Positions 1 through 11,722 of a stretch of DNA of 64,000 bases are shown here, one piece after another. The position numbers and the translations under genes are program-made. The DNA comes from Schizochytrium sp. TIO01. Lineage: Eukaryota > Protista > Bigyra: Labyrinthulomycetes. Every line of letters starts with the position of its first letter. Position 1 is the first letter of the stretch. The stretch is from positions 4,936,747-5,000,746 of the forward strand of contig SMSO01000037.1 of NCBI GenBank assembly GCA_004764695.1, written 5' to 3'. Under the pieces are notes generated by a model. That model was given only the letters and a program-made list of their open reading frames with translations, ran no database searches and was not told the origin of the DNA.

Positions 1-462
1 TACCATTTCAAAAAACGACGTTGAGGCCGATTTGCCCAAGTACAATCATAACTTGAAAAAGACCAATTTGATTTGCAAACTGAACGTAGGCATTGGAGGT
101 CAAAGTTCTGGAAATGGAAAACGGACCCCGTTGGGCCCAGAATTTGCATGTCGTGGTCGTGTACTAATAACTTCAAGAGAAACGAAGAACGGGACCTACT
201 AGTATACGATTGCGTAAGGAAAATATGATACCTTCTATAAATAACATGATTGTCCTGTGCACACGAGAACCATATGGTGACTATCTCGACAGAGTAGAAC
301 CCAGCTAGCCTTGACTCGCTTAGACTTGAGTCCTGATTTGTCTTAGCTAAACACAAAATAAGTAAAAAACCACAGAACTTTGATCTCATCGCTGTAAATG
401 CCATCTGATCTTTGTAGGAATCGCTGCCTTGGGCCGCCCGTCTTGTGCTGGGACCGCTAAAG

Positions 463-549
463 CATCACGGCCTCCTTGAGCTTTCTATATTCCTGGAAAC
501 AGGCATCATCACGGCCTCCTTGAGCTTTCTGTATTCCTGGAAACAGGCT
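463..549. repeat. 44-bp direct tandem duplication (2 copies)
   Basis: CATCACGGCCTCCTTGAGCTTTCT(A/G)TATTCCTGGAAACAGGC starts at 463 and again at 507. Confidence 0.85.
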
Positions 550-1411
550 TCAGGTTGTGTAAATATTCCTACCCAGGAAGTAACAGGTAGGATAGAAGTA
601 GTAAGTCAGTCCCTTGTGCACTCAAGGTGCTCACGACCCTTGGCCCCGATCTCTTTACTATCCTTCTTCAAAGGACTGAAGTGCGCCCAAACTCCAAGCT
701 CACCTCGCTGCAAAACGCCAGACTGAATCACGAGTTCAATCTTGAAGTCTCGTCTCTTGGTGCTGCTATCCTGATCAAGTAAAAGCCTTTGTTCCGCTAT
801 TATCACATCTTCCATAAATGAAGGAGACATCATGTTTTCGATTATGCAGACTCCGTACGAATACCTGTCACCTCGGCGTGTAGGTATGCAACGAGAGCTC
901 TGCTGTCTTCGTGCGCGCAGCATTGACCACTGCCTCGCGCCCTGGCACACGCGCTGCTTCAAGATTGCAGAGAAAAGTGAACTCACGGCACGCACGCGCT
1001 TCGCTCTCTGTGCCACGCGCCCAAGGGCTTCGCACACTTTGTTACGAAAGCGCGCACCCTTGAAAGACCAAAACGCAGCGAATAGCTGTAGCTAGCTACT
1101 CAAAGGCACTTGAACGCTGGTTTCGGAATAGGGAGGGTCCGAGTGGGTGTTGAAAGGAAAGGACGCGCGCCCTGTTTTTGGCAGGCTCAGCTTAGCTGAT
1201 CGATTGGCAGAATTGTTGCCAGGGAAATCTACTTTGAAAGTGCAGACGTGATGGAGAATATGAGTCCAGATGAGAGGTAAAGCCAATCCAGCTAGTCGAG
1301 AAGCTAAGGGGAGCACCCAGATAAAACTAAAACGTTCTGTGTGTTTGTATTTTATTTTTTATTTGGTTTGATTATATAAAAATAAATTGAAAATGGGCTG
1401 GAAACAACTTC

Positions 1412-4081
1412 TTAGAGTAGGGTACTAGTTCTCAAGGCGCGCAGTTGCGCTGACCAACCAAGCGGACTCGCCTGAGAACGATCAATATTAGTTTCTTCGA
1501 CAGTTTCAGTGTTGCCAACGTCACCGCTACCCTCTTGATAACTCATTGCATTGTCTTCTCTATTGAAAAGCGAATCAGCAATATTCTCAGAATTGACGCC
1601 AAGGTTCATCGTAGCAGCTGCAGCAACTTTAGCCACCTTGAGGTTTTTTGATCCCTGAGTTTGCAATCGGTCTAGAAAGTCAACCTCAGCATCGCGAAAG
1701 AGCGGAGGCCATTTAAGTGCCATCTCACGAGAAGGCATACTATCACCACGGAATTCACGATCTTCGAGCATTCGCCAGCCCGCCACAGAAACTGGCACGG
1801 GATTCCGGGCCAAAATACGATGAGGCCGCTTAGCTTGCTCATTAGCATCTATCCGTTCTTGCAAGGTGTATCCTCCTAAGGTGTCCCCTTCTACAGCTGG
1901 ATCTGTTACAGCAAAACCATCTCCTGCCGACCCAGTTTTAATATGAGGATCAAAGCCAGCTAGCAGGGGCGCCACAGCTCTTAGATCGAAATTTTCTAGA
2001 ATGTCTAATTTGTCTTGTGTATAGACTTGATCTGGCATAAATACCTCCCAGAACCCAACATCCTGTGTGGGACTTTGCTCATACAGACTGAGGGCGTCAC
2101 TTCTAGAGCTGCTATGAGCACTATCAATTTGAGAGGGGCTCTTCTTTGGCTCGCTTCGCTTCGCAAAACCGGTTTGATCCTTGGTGCTTTGATGCAGCTG
2201 ATCAACGTGTACCGTAGCCATATCTTCTACATCTGACTTGTTTACTTGTACATTTTGCTGCTGATTCTCTCCATTTTCTGTATTAGCATAAACTTTCGAA
2301 CTAGAAGGACTATTTATTTGATCCGAAGGCCCGTGAGGAGAAAGTGATTTATTCTCGAAAGGGGAGGTGCTGTCATTACCGTTGTCACGATGGTTTCCTG
2401 GTTCTCTTAGCGAGAACGAGAACAAAACATCTGGATCAACCTCAGAAAATCCGCGTTTAGCACCTAGAAGTTCCTCCAAACGCCCAAGAGCTTCATCAGC
2501 TCGAACACCAGTTGCAACTTTACGTAAAAACTGTAATAAACTCCCTGTGTCAACAGCACCTTTGCACCCCGCAAAGTGATCTTGCACGAGAACTTGTAAC
2601 GCATCTACAGGCACACCAAGAAGCTCAACGGAGTCTTGAAGGGACATTTTCCCACTGCCATTTCTCCGCGGGCTCTTTCGTTTATTTGTACGCACAGACT
2701 TGGCTCGCCGTCCCTTTTGTTGAAGATTCAAATTGTGCTGAGAAGAAACCAATGCACCGTATGCTTGTACAGTACGTAAGAACGCACCGCGAATGTCCTG
2801 CGAAAAAGGAGCAGGGTGCTTGTTTGCCAGTTGCAGAGCCTTTCTGTACCATTTCATGGGGTTACGCTGTGGAGAAGAACGATGGCCTACATCGTCTTCA
2901 CGAGCGCTCCCATTGGAGTGCTGAGCATATGCAGGAACTGCTGCGGTGTTCAAATGCTCAATTTCAGCTCCGACATTATAATATGAAATTCCGAGAGAAC
3001 GCACAACCACATGGTCGAATCTCCCTTTTAAAGTCACCTTAAGAGGCGCAATAGATTCCAAAAACGAAACGCTTGCTTTTGCATGCTCCAAAGCTGTCCG
3101 ATGATCTCCACGCCCAGAGGACATTGTACACAGAATTAATGAGCACCTTGCCTGAGCTTCCTGCAGTTTGCGAAACATGCGTGTTTCTGTTGCTACCGAG
3201 CTAAGCACTTCACCAGCGAGCTCTAGTGCACGGGTAGCTTTGCTCTCCGCTTGTGCCCGCTCCCCAAGTCGACGAGCACACCCAGCCTCGCATGCGAGCA
3301 TTAAAATTCGGAACTGGCCACACTCGGAGGCCCATGCAGCATCCAATTCGCGCGCTCCTGCTGGTTCTGCTTGGTATTTTAGTTGATGCCCTGTGTAGTC
3401 CTCCTCGTTTGAAGAGTATTCATGATCTTCATCTTGATTTCTGCTCTGGCGTTGCAGCAGTTCGTTTAGGTGATGAAATGCAGGATCTTGACCTACGTTG
3501 GAGGTATCAATTGTGCTCATCATACGGCTTGCAAGTTTCTGTGCATCACGTAGAAGCTCGAGTGCAAGTCTAACATCACTAGCGAGTCCAGACTCCTCAT
3601 TTCGTTCGCCAAGTTCAACTACAAGACGAAAATTAAGCTCGCTACCCCTTCGCATCCTCCAATGCGATTCTGGCCCATGCATATCAGAGGCCGTTTCCAC
3701 CATCTTCTGTGAGAGTTTAATCGCCTCCACCAGTCGACCCTCCGTAACAAGATCTCGTACAGTTTGTTCAAGGCCGCCTCCCGAACTCATAAACAAGTTA
3801 TGAACACGAGAGGATCGCGAACTTCTGGGTCGGGATGGAGATTTGGACCTTCCAGAGTCTGGACGCCGAGATCCCGCAGATTGAGGTCTTCGGGGGCGCT
3901 GAGGGGGTATGGAAGAAGATGACATAGTGACGCCCGGCACGTAGTGCTCTGTGCGCGTGGCTTCTGAACCTTGGATGACCAACATCTTTGCAGAGTCAAG
4001 GGTGTTCTTGCCCCTCTCAATAACTCGCGTCCTTGCGCGAGGTGCTGATTGAGGGCGAACTAGGGATCTTGGTGGTGCCAT
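1412..4081 (-). CDS. Large hypothetical protein with TPR-like helical region and low-complexity Ser/Arg-rich segments
   Basis: 909-codon ORF; first ATG at 4081 (MAPPRS...). TPR-like helices (ALEHAKASVSFLE...LGISYYNVGAEIEHL...WYRKALQLA) and RPQSA motifs near the N-terminus. No family recognised with certainty. Confidence 0.75.
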   Translation of the reverse strand: MAPPRSLVRPQSAPRARTRVIERGKNTLDSAKMLVIQGSEATRTEHYVPGVTMSSSSIPPQRPRRPQSAGSRRPDSGRSKSPSRPRSSRSSRVHNLFMSSGGGLEQTVRDLVTEGRLVEAIKLSQKMVETASDMHGPESHWRMRRGSELNFRLVVELGERNEESGLASDVRLALELLRDAQKLASRMMSTIDTSNVGQDPAFHHLNELLQRQSRNQDEDHEYSSNEEDYTGHQLKYQAEPAGARELDAAWASECGQFRILMLACEAGCARRLGERAQAESKATRALELAGEVLSSVATETRMFRKLQEAQARCSLILCTMSSGRGDHRTALEHAKASVSFLESIAPLKVTLKGRFDHVVVRSLGISYYNVGAEIEHLNTAAVPAYAQHSNGSAREDDVGHRSSPQRNPMKWYRKALQLANKHPAPFSQDIRGAFLRTVQAYGALVSSQHNLNLQQKGRRAKSVRTNKRKSPRRNGSGKMSLQDSVELLGVPVDALQVLVQDHFAGCKGAVDTGSLLQFLRKVATGVRADEALGRLEELLGAKRGFSEVDPDVLFSFSLREPGNHRDNGNDSTSPFENKSLSPHGPSDQINSPSSSKVYANTENGENQQQNVQVNKSDVEDMATVHVDQLHQSTKDQTGFAKRSEPKKSPSQIDSAHSSSRSDALSLYEQSPTQDVGFWEVFMPDQVYTQDKLDILENFDLRAVAPLLAGFDPHIKTGSAGDGFAVTDPAVEGDTLGGYTLQERIDANEQAKRPHRILARNPVPVSVAGWRMLEDREFRGDSMPSREMALKWPPLFRDAEVDFLDRLQTQGSKNLKVAKVAAAATMNLGVNSENIADSLFNREDNAMSYQEGSGDVGNTETVEETNIDRSQASPLGWSAQLRALRTSTLL

Positions 4082-4959
4082 CTTACGCACCAAGAAGATT
4101 GGAAATGACTGTGAAGATTCTGCTGTAGCAAGCAGTCCCAATGCAAAATGTCAAGAACCGCAGAATTACCACATAGCATGGAAAATGGCCGTTGTCCATG
4201 TAGCGAGCCTTGTAGGCGCGCTCAAAACCCAATGATATTATGCTAATCGCGATATTATTAGAGTCTATTACTATTGCGTAACTAGTACTCCACAGGGTAT
4301 AATTATGGCTAGTATTACTCGTGCAAGGTCCTGACAACTCAAGTTCAAGGTTCAATGGTTGATCAGAAATCAACATCATCGTAATGGGCGATTAAGTTAC
4401 TTTCGTTGATGAACAACGAATGCTGCAAATTTAGAGTGTCAGTATTATATCCATGATCACAAAGACTTAGATCTTCTCCCTAGCAGAACCTTTCCAAACG
4501 AGGCAGACTGGATAATAAAATTGACTGAACTGAGGACTATGTTAGTGAGTAGCCACTACAGAACCGATTCTGCTTGCACAGGGACAGCAGAAGAGCGAGA
4601 GCAGAACCATAACCGATTGAAAGCAGTGTTCTTAGACGCAGGTTCCGGGAGTGTTTGGGGCAGACCTAAAGGATCACTCTGAGTATCAAGGGGCAAGCCG
4701 CCATCCCATCAAGAAACAACATCACTTCGCCTGTGATTATACCTACCTAAACTTTACCACGGAAAAGAAAAACCACGAAATCACGCAATACGCTCTCGAC
4801 ACGGCTAATTCTAGAAAGGAAAGCGGGAGAAGAAAAACAATCTAAGGATCATCAAAGCTCAGAGTGGAACTGTAGTACCAAGGCGCCTATAAAGGAAAGA
4901 AAGTCCCTGTATTTGGCCTTTTGAAAAATAAATTACTGATACTTTCGGTAGATGGGTAC

Positions 4960-6030
4960 ATGAGCTGCATAACGCGGCGAGAGCACAGGATGAAGCATTG
5001 GGTCCAAGACAAACTCGGCTGGGAGGAAAAATTTGGCCTTGCGCGAAGTGTCGAAGAGCTAGAGTCAACACTTGCAGATTTGTATAATCGTGGCGAGATC
5101 CCTGATGAAGTCTTCGCACAATGTAAAGCAGTCATGTTTGTCATACTGTACAAGACAGGTCTTGGTTTAATTTCTCAGGACATTGGATATGGTTGCCTTG
5201 TAGCGCGGTTGCCCCCAGAAAGATCCAAACCTGGAGTACGCACATGGTCGCCGCCCATATCTATCAAAGTACTGGGTATTAGCGCAGGCTTGACGCTAGG
5301 TTTCCGTAAAACACATGCATTAGTTCTTTTGAACTCCGACCGGCCAGCTCAAGGCCTAATGCTTGGCCATCGTTTTACATTAGGAGCTGAATTGAGCTTT
5401 GCAAATGGCTCCCTTGCTAAGAGTGAAACACGTGGGCCTCGCAACTCTCGGAACTTGCACATGGTGTCCTCTTATGTTTATAATCAAAGCGGCGGAATGT
5501 ATATTGGTGTTGGGCTACAAGGCGCTGCTTTGTTAAATCGCCCAGAAGAAAACCATATTTTTTATGAAGATGAAAACGTGACACCAATGAATGTGCTTCT
5601 AGGTCAGATTCCAGTTCCAAAAAATGTAGCATCACTTCAAATGCTCCTCGAGGCTCTTCCAGCTGCGAACGAGGAGTTTCTTCATTCAACATTGAGTGAC
5701 TCGGAGCCGACAGATAAGCAGGATGCCACTGATAGAGAGAGTGCCGCTCGCGAGCGCCAGCGTAATCGCACTAGCCGATACTACGAAAATCTAGCTATAT
5801 CAGAGCATCAACTACAGGAAAAGCGAGATACCGCCCGTATGCTACGTCGCGCCCCATCTAGCCTCTTGTCATTCCTTCGAATGAACCTTTTCTTTCGCTA
5901 TGTTTCCATTCTATTGATATGTGTGATTATTGCGCACAGCCTTCCAAACATTATTGCTCAGATGGTTTACATGACAATACATAGCCACACAGCTAATGTC
6001 AAAATTAGTGAAATTAGCCCCTTGGAGTAA
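4960..6030 (+). CDS. SYLF/Ysc84 (DUF500) lipid-binding domain protein with C-terminal transmembrane segment
   Basis: SYLF-like motifs IPDEVFAQCKAV, GYGCLVAR...WSPP, GISAGLTLG, FTLGAELS, YNQSGGMYIGVGLQGA...N..FY; hydrophobic C-terminal stretch (FFRYVSILLICVIIA). Start uncertain (ATG 4960; a possible splice acceptor at 4951 suggests an upstream exon). Confidence 0.8.
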   Translation: MSCITRREHRMKHWVQDKLGWEEKFGLARSVEELESTLADLYNRGEIPDEVFAQCKAVMFVILYKTGLGLISQDIGYGCLVARLPPERSKPGVRTWSPPISIKVLGISAGLTLGFRKTHALVLLNSDRPAQGLMLGHRFTLGAELSFANGSLAKSETRGPRNSRNLHMVSSYVYNQSGGMYIGVGLQGAALLNRPEENHIFYEDENVTPMNVLLGQIPVPKNVASLQMLLEALPAANEEFLHSTLSDSEPTDKQDATDRESAARERQRNRTSRYYENLAISEHQLQEKRDTARMLRRAPSSLLSFLRMNLFFRYVSILLICVIIAHSLPNIIAQMVYMTIHSHTANVKISEISPLE

Positions 6031-6627
6031 CTCTGATCAGAACTGCAAGCAAAATAAATTGCCTTGAATTCTTTCTATCAGTATGCAAAGACCACTATCG
6101 TGAAGAACCACCTTTATGCAAAAAAAATGTCTTTTCGAACTTGGTTGTCTAGCCAAACTTGTGCCTCTGTAAACTAAAATAATTTCTTTTCCATTTTTTT
6201 TATAAGTTTAACTCTATGTTTATCAAATCACAGTAGGCTGGACAACCCCTTATGAAATATCTTTTCCGTGGCTTACCTTTGTCTCTTGCCCGCTTCAAGC
6301 AAATAGGTCCTGGGATACGCTTGCAAAGGAGAATGAAACATTTATGTCTTATCACTCGTTCATAGAGACAGTTGTCATAGCACATGCTCAAGCGTTTTTT
6401 TATACCTTCAAAATCCTCTGCTTCAAACAAGTTCGTATATCAGTTTAACTTCGGCTTTTTGAATTCAAAAATTCAAAATTCAAAATTGATTCAAATATTT
6501 TTCAATTTCAAAAACTCAAATCGCGTGCGAGCTCCAATAAATCTCAAGCACTTTGCATTGTCAGCAATAGTAACAAGGATCACGAGCTACAGACAAGATC
6601 AAACGCAAGATCTGCGCATCTCAGAAA

Positions 6628-7561
6628 ATGTCGGATGACGGAAACAATGAGGAAGAGATATCATACGATGCCGGTTCGCGCGCATCTGTAGCTGATTCTG
6701 CTTCAATTGCAGAAACTCAAGAAAATCAAGGCGGTGGTACAAATTTGAAAAAGAAGAAGACGAGAACGACCGGTAACGGTGCAACGAAGACAACTAAAGC
6801 AGCAGCGGGGAGCAAAACCAAGCCTGGGAGCGAAGAGGCTGAAAACACGGTCTTGGAGTATCTCACTGCGCAATGCCGACCATATAATTCAACAAAAGTT
6901 TACGAGAACCTGCTCAAAACAATATCTCATACAATTGTAAAGAATGTACTCGTTGCTCTTGTATCCCGCGGAATGCTTCAAGAGAAGGTCGAAGGCCGAG
7001 CATCACTCTACTGGGTGACTCAAACGGATGGAAGTGACACTGTTGAAGATCGCGATGCCCTTTGCAAAAACCTTCAGCAAGAAATTGATTTAGTCAATAC
7101 TGTCTTGCAAGATACTCGAGCCGACTTTGCTATTGAACAACAATCAATCGCTGCTCTTCAACAAGAGCCTGCAGACCATGATATTGACAATGAAATTACT
7201 CTGCTTAACAAATCTGTGAGCGAAATGAGCAGAGACATTCAAAAAATTCGAAAGAGCGCGATCGAAATTCCAAGTAACGACGTTACGGACGACAGATCTC
7301 TTGAAGACCTGCGCTGTGAACGCAAATTTTATGAAGTAAGTGCCCGCTGCTCCAAAAGGATCTTTCAATTGACTAACGCATGCTTCGGTTTTCATCTTTC
7401 AATATATTCTACTATAGAAATGGGCACGCGACCTTCGCCGTAATGTGCAAAGTTTCATAGACAATATGTCTGATAATTCAGGGAAGACGCCACAATCAAT
7501 CATGGACGAAGCTGGTGTTGTGGGAGACGAGTTGGCTGCTGGATTTAAAGCAAAATCTTGA
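6628..7561 (+). CDS. HOP2: HOP2/TBPIP (PSMC3IP) meiotic recombination factor; 2 exons, 6628-7335 and 7418-7561
   Basis: Winged-helix signature EAENTVLEYLTAQCRPYNSTKVYENL...LYW followed by a coiled coil. Phase-0 intron 7336-7417 (GTAAGT, branch CTAAC ~7373, TAG) restores a Hop2-like C-terminus KWARDLRRNVQSFIDNMSDNSGKTPQSIMDEAGVVGDE..., stop at 7559-7561. Confidence 0.85.
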
Positions 7562-8700
7562 TTAGGAAAGCAAACTTGCAACTTAGTCCTATCGATAAGT
7601 TCCTATATTTCAACTATATTTTTGTTTCTCATTTGAACTTCGCTTTTAGTTTGAACATGAAATTGGTGGCTTTGAGAAGAGTAGAAGAGGTATATTAGTA
7701 TAATTTATTCTGAAATTTGGTGACGAGAATGAGCACCCGCTTGTTCATTCGTTCGCCAGGAAAAAGGGGGGAGAAAGTTCAAAAGGGAAGAAAGAAGGAA
7801 GTCTGAAAAAAATGAGCGAGAAGAGATGATGAAGACATGGCAAGAGTTGTTCAAAAACTATTGTGACTACTGGAGCCTTTTGTCCATGTGAGTACTAAAG
7901 CGCGCGTGGGTTCTGGAAATGACACTATTCGTCATATTGAGATCCCCATATCTTGATTGTCTCAGAAACAAATAAAGCTTTGGTAACTTGAAGACGGTAA
8001 GGAATACTACGAAACTTCCTCCTCTGGTTAGGTCAAGTGCAGAAAGCCCTTCTTGATTCTGCAATATTTCACAAGGTTGTGTGAAATTCATTCCAGCCCG
8101 ATTTTCACGCGCATAATACTATGGCAAAAATTCGAATGCCTATGCCCTTTTTATCTGCCAGACAAGTAAGAGTCAAAGATAATGCAGCAGAGCGAGAGAA
8201 TGACAATATTGTGGAGTCATTGCATCTTACCCTTAAACAGGAAAGTTGAAGCGAATTATCATGGTTGTATGTGTTTGAAGCTGGTCCTCAGTCAACAATC
8301 AGATCTGATGCTATAGTTTTTGTGAGTGAAAGCAAAAGGGCCATGTGAATCGACGCAGGCTACACTACAGCCTGTGGTGGAGAGCTACAGATGTTATGCA
8401 TGCATGAAAGTGATTGCGCCAGAGATAAACAAACATGAAGCTAGATGGTGTGAATATTGTGATCTGCTGTGAACTTAAATCAATGTCCAACGGCAGGTCA
8501 ATACCAAGGCATCATCTTCCAGAGACAATGAAGATGCAGGGCCAGAAATGGGCGTGTTCCGTACCAAAGAATCAACTCGCTTTGCATTTGGAATTTGAAC
8601 AATTCAGGTCTCTAAACATAGTTTCGAACAACCGCAAGTCTGGAGTGACTTAATGATTGAGCACTAGCATATTCACACATGATGACTAGCACATGTAAAT

Positions 8701-11028
8701 CTAAGGATCGCCACTAACAGTTTTACGCAAGCGCGACGCACGAACAGCGGCTTTCACTTGTGGGCTAAGATAGGGTAAACCACCTTGCTCGCCTTTGTTC
8801 TGCTCTCCATTGCTTTCGGCGCTGCTTGCGCTTGCATTGCTCGCAACACTGCTTATGCTGCTATTGCTACTGCTACTACTGCTCTCCTTTTGGGTTGAAA
8901 TTAACAAAAGGTCTGCAACACTCACGTCGGTAGCGTTGGGTGATACTGCTGTACCAGAAAGGTTTTTATCATTAGTGTTGGCAGGACTTGATTCACGATG
9001 GACAACAGGAGGTTCAGATCCTAAATCCGAGGAGTCTTCTGAGCCAGAGTCTTCGTCATTGAATGGTTGGAGATGGAGGTGATCCATGCCAGAATCTCCT
9101 GTGGTATATGAATCTGCTTCGCCATGAAATAATTGAGACAAACTTGAAGATGCGTGACGGCCCGAACCAACGCTGTTGTGCCGAATAGCACGCGCAACAC
9201 CAAGACGAATAAGAATGACACTCACGTTATCGAGAGAACCAAGGGAGACAATACAATTGCGAACGAGGGAAATAGCAGCGTTGTCTAGATTATGTTCCGC
9301 TGCGGGTAAAACGCCACGCACAAAGTGCACAGCCTCTTGGCTAGACATAACATCATAGACACCATCACAAGCAATAAGTACAAATTCGTCAGAAGACTCC
9401 AACTCGGTAGATGTCATGCTCGGGACAGAGCTAACCAAGGCATATGGGACTTTCATCTCTGGATCTCCAAGCGCACGAGAGACGGCAAGCATTCCCATGA
9501 CGCGACCATAAGAGACAAATCCCCCGGTGTCAACAATGCGAGCCACCTCGGCAGGAAGTGTAGCTTTGTGATCATAAGATAGGTCATAAGCAAGCCCGTT
9601 ATTTCGACACAGGACTGCGCGAGAGTCACCCACGTTGGCACAGTGAAGGACACCCTGATTGAGGTCAATTGCGATGGCACAGACTGTTGTGCCTGAAGTA
9701 GTTTTGACATAGCCTTTGTTTTCGCGCTCCTCTTCCGCACGTGCAGCCAGGCTCGTTTCAACACTAATTACAGCATTGTAAAGTGCTCGGCGAATGCTCA
9801 TCGATGGATTGTCCAGTTCGCCATAAAAGTAGGTTGGTAAAAGCTTGCTAGCCTCTTCTGCAGCCTCTTCTCCCCCATGGCCATCAAATACAGCGTGGAG
9901 TGATACTTTACGACCTTTGAGCGTATGGGGAGGGAGGTCGAGGTGGTGTACGTTCCTGTGAGGTGTAGTCTTGGAGCCTTGGAAGATGGAGTTGATCACC
10001 TTGTCATGAATGACCTCAACGCCAAGGTTGGAAAGAATATTAGGAACAGGGCCACTGCTGTCACTACCGTCGTCACTGGAGTCTTCAAGCAAAGCATGTT
10101 GTTCTCCGGGAATCACTTCTGCCCCGTTGCTAAGAAAGCCGGTGAGGTGTGGGACCTCAAGTTTCCCATTACTGCTGCTGCCCGTACTGCTACTGTTACC
10201 ACTAGCGGTAGTCTCAATAGGAGTTGTATTGATGCTATTATAAGCTGCAATTTGACTATTATTTGAGGTCCCACTCATCATCGTGTTAACAGAATGCTGA
10301 ACTTTCTCAGCATTCGTGTTGCCCAGAGTATTACTAATTTTCGCGTTCTTTTTGGGACTTGCTGGGGCCGATGGGGGAGGCATCCCTGAAGGAATTGCTC
10401 CAAATTCATGAGAGATTGCAGCCGAAGGGCCAACGAAGCGACCATCATCAAGGCAGACTCGGTCCTCCATTTCCTTTCGTGGCCCTTGTTCCTCGTACAC
10501 TGTACTCTCCACCATGATTGGAAACGGGTCTGATCGTTTGTACCATAGAGTACTGGGAGCTAGGTCGTCCTCAGTGCGGAAGAATAGACGACGAAGGGTA
10601 TGCACAACCACCTCCAGTTCATAAGTCTCAAGCCAGCCCATGTAGCGACTTTCAAAGAGGTTGCTAATGACTCGACCGTCAGGACTCAGACGTGGTTCAC
10701 CGGTTTCTGCGTTGCGAAGGCGCAAGTCGTTCAAAATTTCTTCGTCACAATGAGTCCACCTAGCGTGTGGGCGTGCCTTTGGGAAGCCCTCGGGCAGGAG
10801 AACGTCAAAGATTACTTTAGAACGAATCCATAGGTCTCGCCATGGATGGACTTCAACAATGAATCCAGAACAGTCTTTATGAATACGAACGCGCGTGCCA
10901 AGTCCTCCAACAGCAAAGTCTGTTGCAAGATGTTCTCCATTTTCGTTAAAGATATCTTCTAGGTGGGAAAGCTTCGCTGCAAAGCTTTGCTTTGGGTCGC
11001 GCGCATGATGCACGCCCCAGCTAGCCAT
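8701..11028 (-). CDS. PP2C/PPM family Ser/Thr phosphatase with an N-terminal UBC/UEV-like domain
   Basis: PP2C motifs RKEMED, VFDGHGG, SGTT, ANVGDSRAVL, DHK, LAVSRALGD, IACDGVYDV, DNVSVILI. The N-terminal ~100 aa resemble an E2 fold. Confidence 0.9.
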   Translation of the reverse strand: MASWGVHHARDPKQSFAAKLSHLEDIFNENGEHLATDFAVGGLGTRVRIHKDCSGFIVEVHPWRDLWIRSKVIFDVLLPEGFPKARPHARWTHCDEEILNDLRLRNAETGEPRLSPDGRVISNLFESRYMGWLETYELEVVVHTLRRLFFRTEDDLAPSTLWYKRSDPFPIMVESTVYEEQGPRKEMEDRVCLDDGRFVGPSAAISHEFGAIPSGMPPPSAPASPKKNAKISNTLGNTNAEKVQHSVNTMMSGTSNNSQIAAYNSINTTPIETTASGNSSSTGSSSNGKLEVPHLTGFLSNGAEVIPGEQHALLEDSSDDGSDSSGPVPNILSNLGVEVIHDKVINSIFQGSKTTPHRNVHHLDLPPHTLKGRKVSLHAVFDGHGGEEAAEEASKLLPTYFYGELDNPSMSIRRALYNAVISVETSLAARAEEERENKGYVKTTSGTTVCAIAIDLNQGVLHCANVGDSRAVLCRNNGLAYDLSYDHKATLPAEVARIVDTGGFVSYGRVMGMLAVSRALGDPEMKVPYALVSSVPSMTSTELESSDEFVLIACDGVYDVMSSQEAVHFVRGVLPAAEHNLDNAAISLVRNCIVSLGSLDNVSVILIRLGVARAIRHNSVGSGRHASSSLSQLFHGEADSYTTGDSGMDHLHLQPFNDEDSGSEDSSDLGSEPPVVHRESSPANTNDKNLSGTAVSPNATDVSVADLLLISTQKESSSSSSNSSISSVASNASASSAESNGEQNKGEQGGLPYLSPQVKAAVRASRLRKTVSGDP

Positions 11029-11652
11029 GTTGCCGGTCTACAGCTATGACAGATCAATTATCTCTTGTACAAAACAGTGTGTTCCGTAAAGCTTTGCAGT
11101 TTGTTGCAAACTGGTTTATAGAGCTACTTACCACTCACTGCGATCAAGGGTAAGCGTATAATCTAACACCAGATGTGACTCGGCCAAAACCTTCTAAGCA
11201 ACAATACATACAGAGAGCAAAGAGAGCTGAAGAGTAAAAATGAAATCCTGGAGTGTAGTTTATTCCCAAGAAACGAGGTTCACGGCAGGTCGTGAGACGA
11301 GACAAAACCCACCAGAGCCAAACGAAGAGAAGAGCTTTAAAACCCACGGCTAGAAAAAAAAAATGCAAATCTAATTACAGCTCTGCAATTTTTTTGGTGA
11401 GAGTTTAAGCAGAGTCAAGGGTAAATCTGCGTGGCAAGACCTCCACAAATATGCCGTTGAGACTCTGGCCCGAAACAGATTTTATTTCTTTGATGTGACG
11501 GACTCCAAGATAAACACAAGGTCAAACGCTACGAGGCCGTTTGAGAGGAACCAGACAAGGGGACACACACCGGCAGAGGAAGGAACCAAAATAGAGAGAG
11601 ATTGGTGAGCTAGTGGACAAACTTCAAAAGCTCCTCTTGATGCTGCTATTGC

Positions 11653-11722
11653 GGTTGTTGTTGTTGTTGTTGTTGTGGTGGTGGTGGTGGTGGTGGTTGT
11701 TGTTGTTGTTGTTGTTGATGAT
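11653..11722. repeat. Compound trinucleotide microsatellite (GTT)n(GGT)n(GTT)n
   Basis: Seen directly; it produces the spurious poly-T, poly-W and poly-N/H ORFs in the track. Confidence 0.95.
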
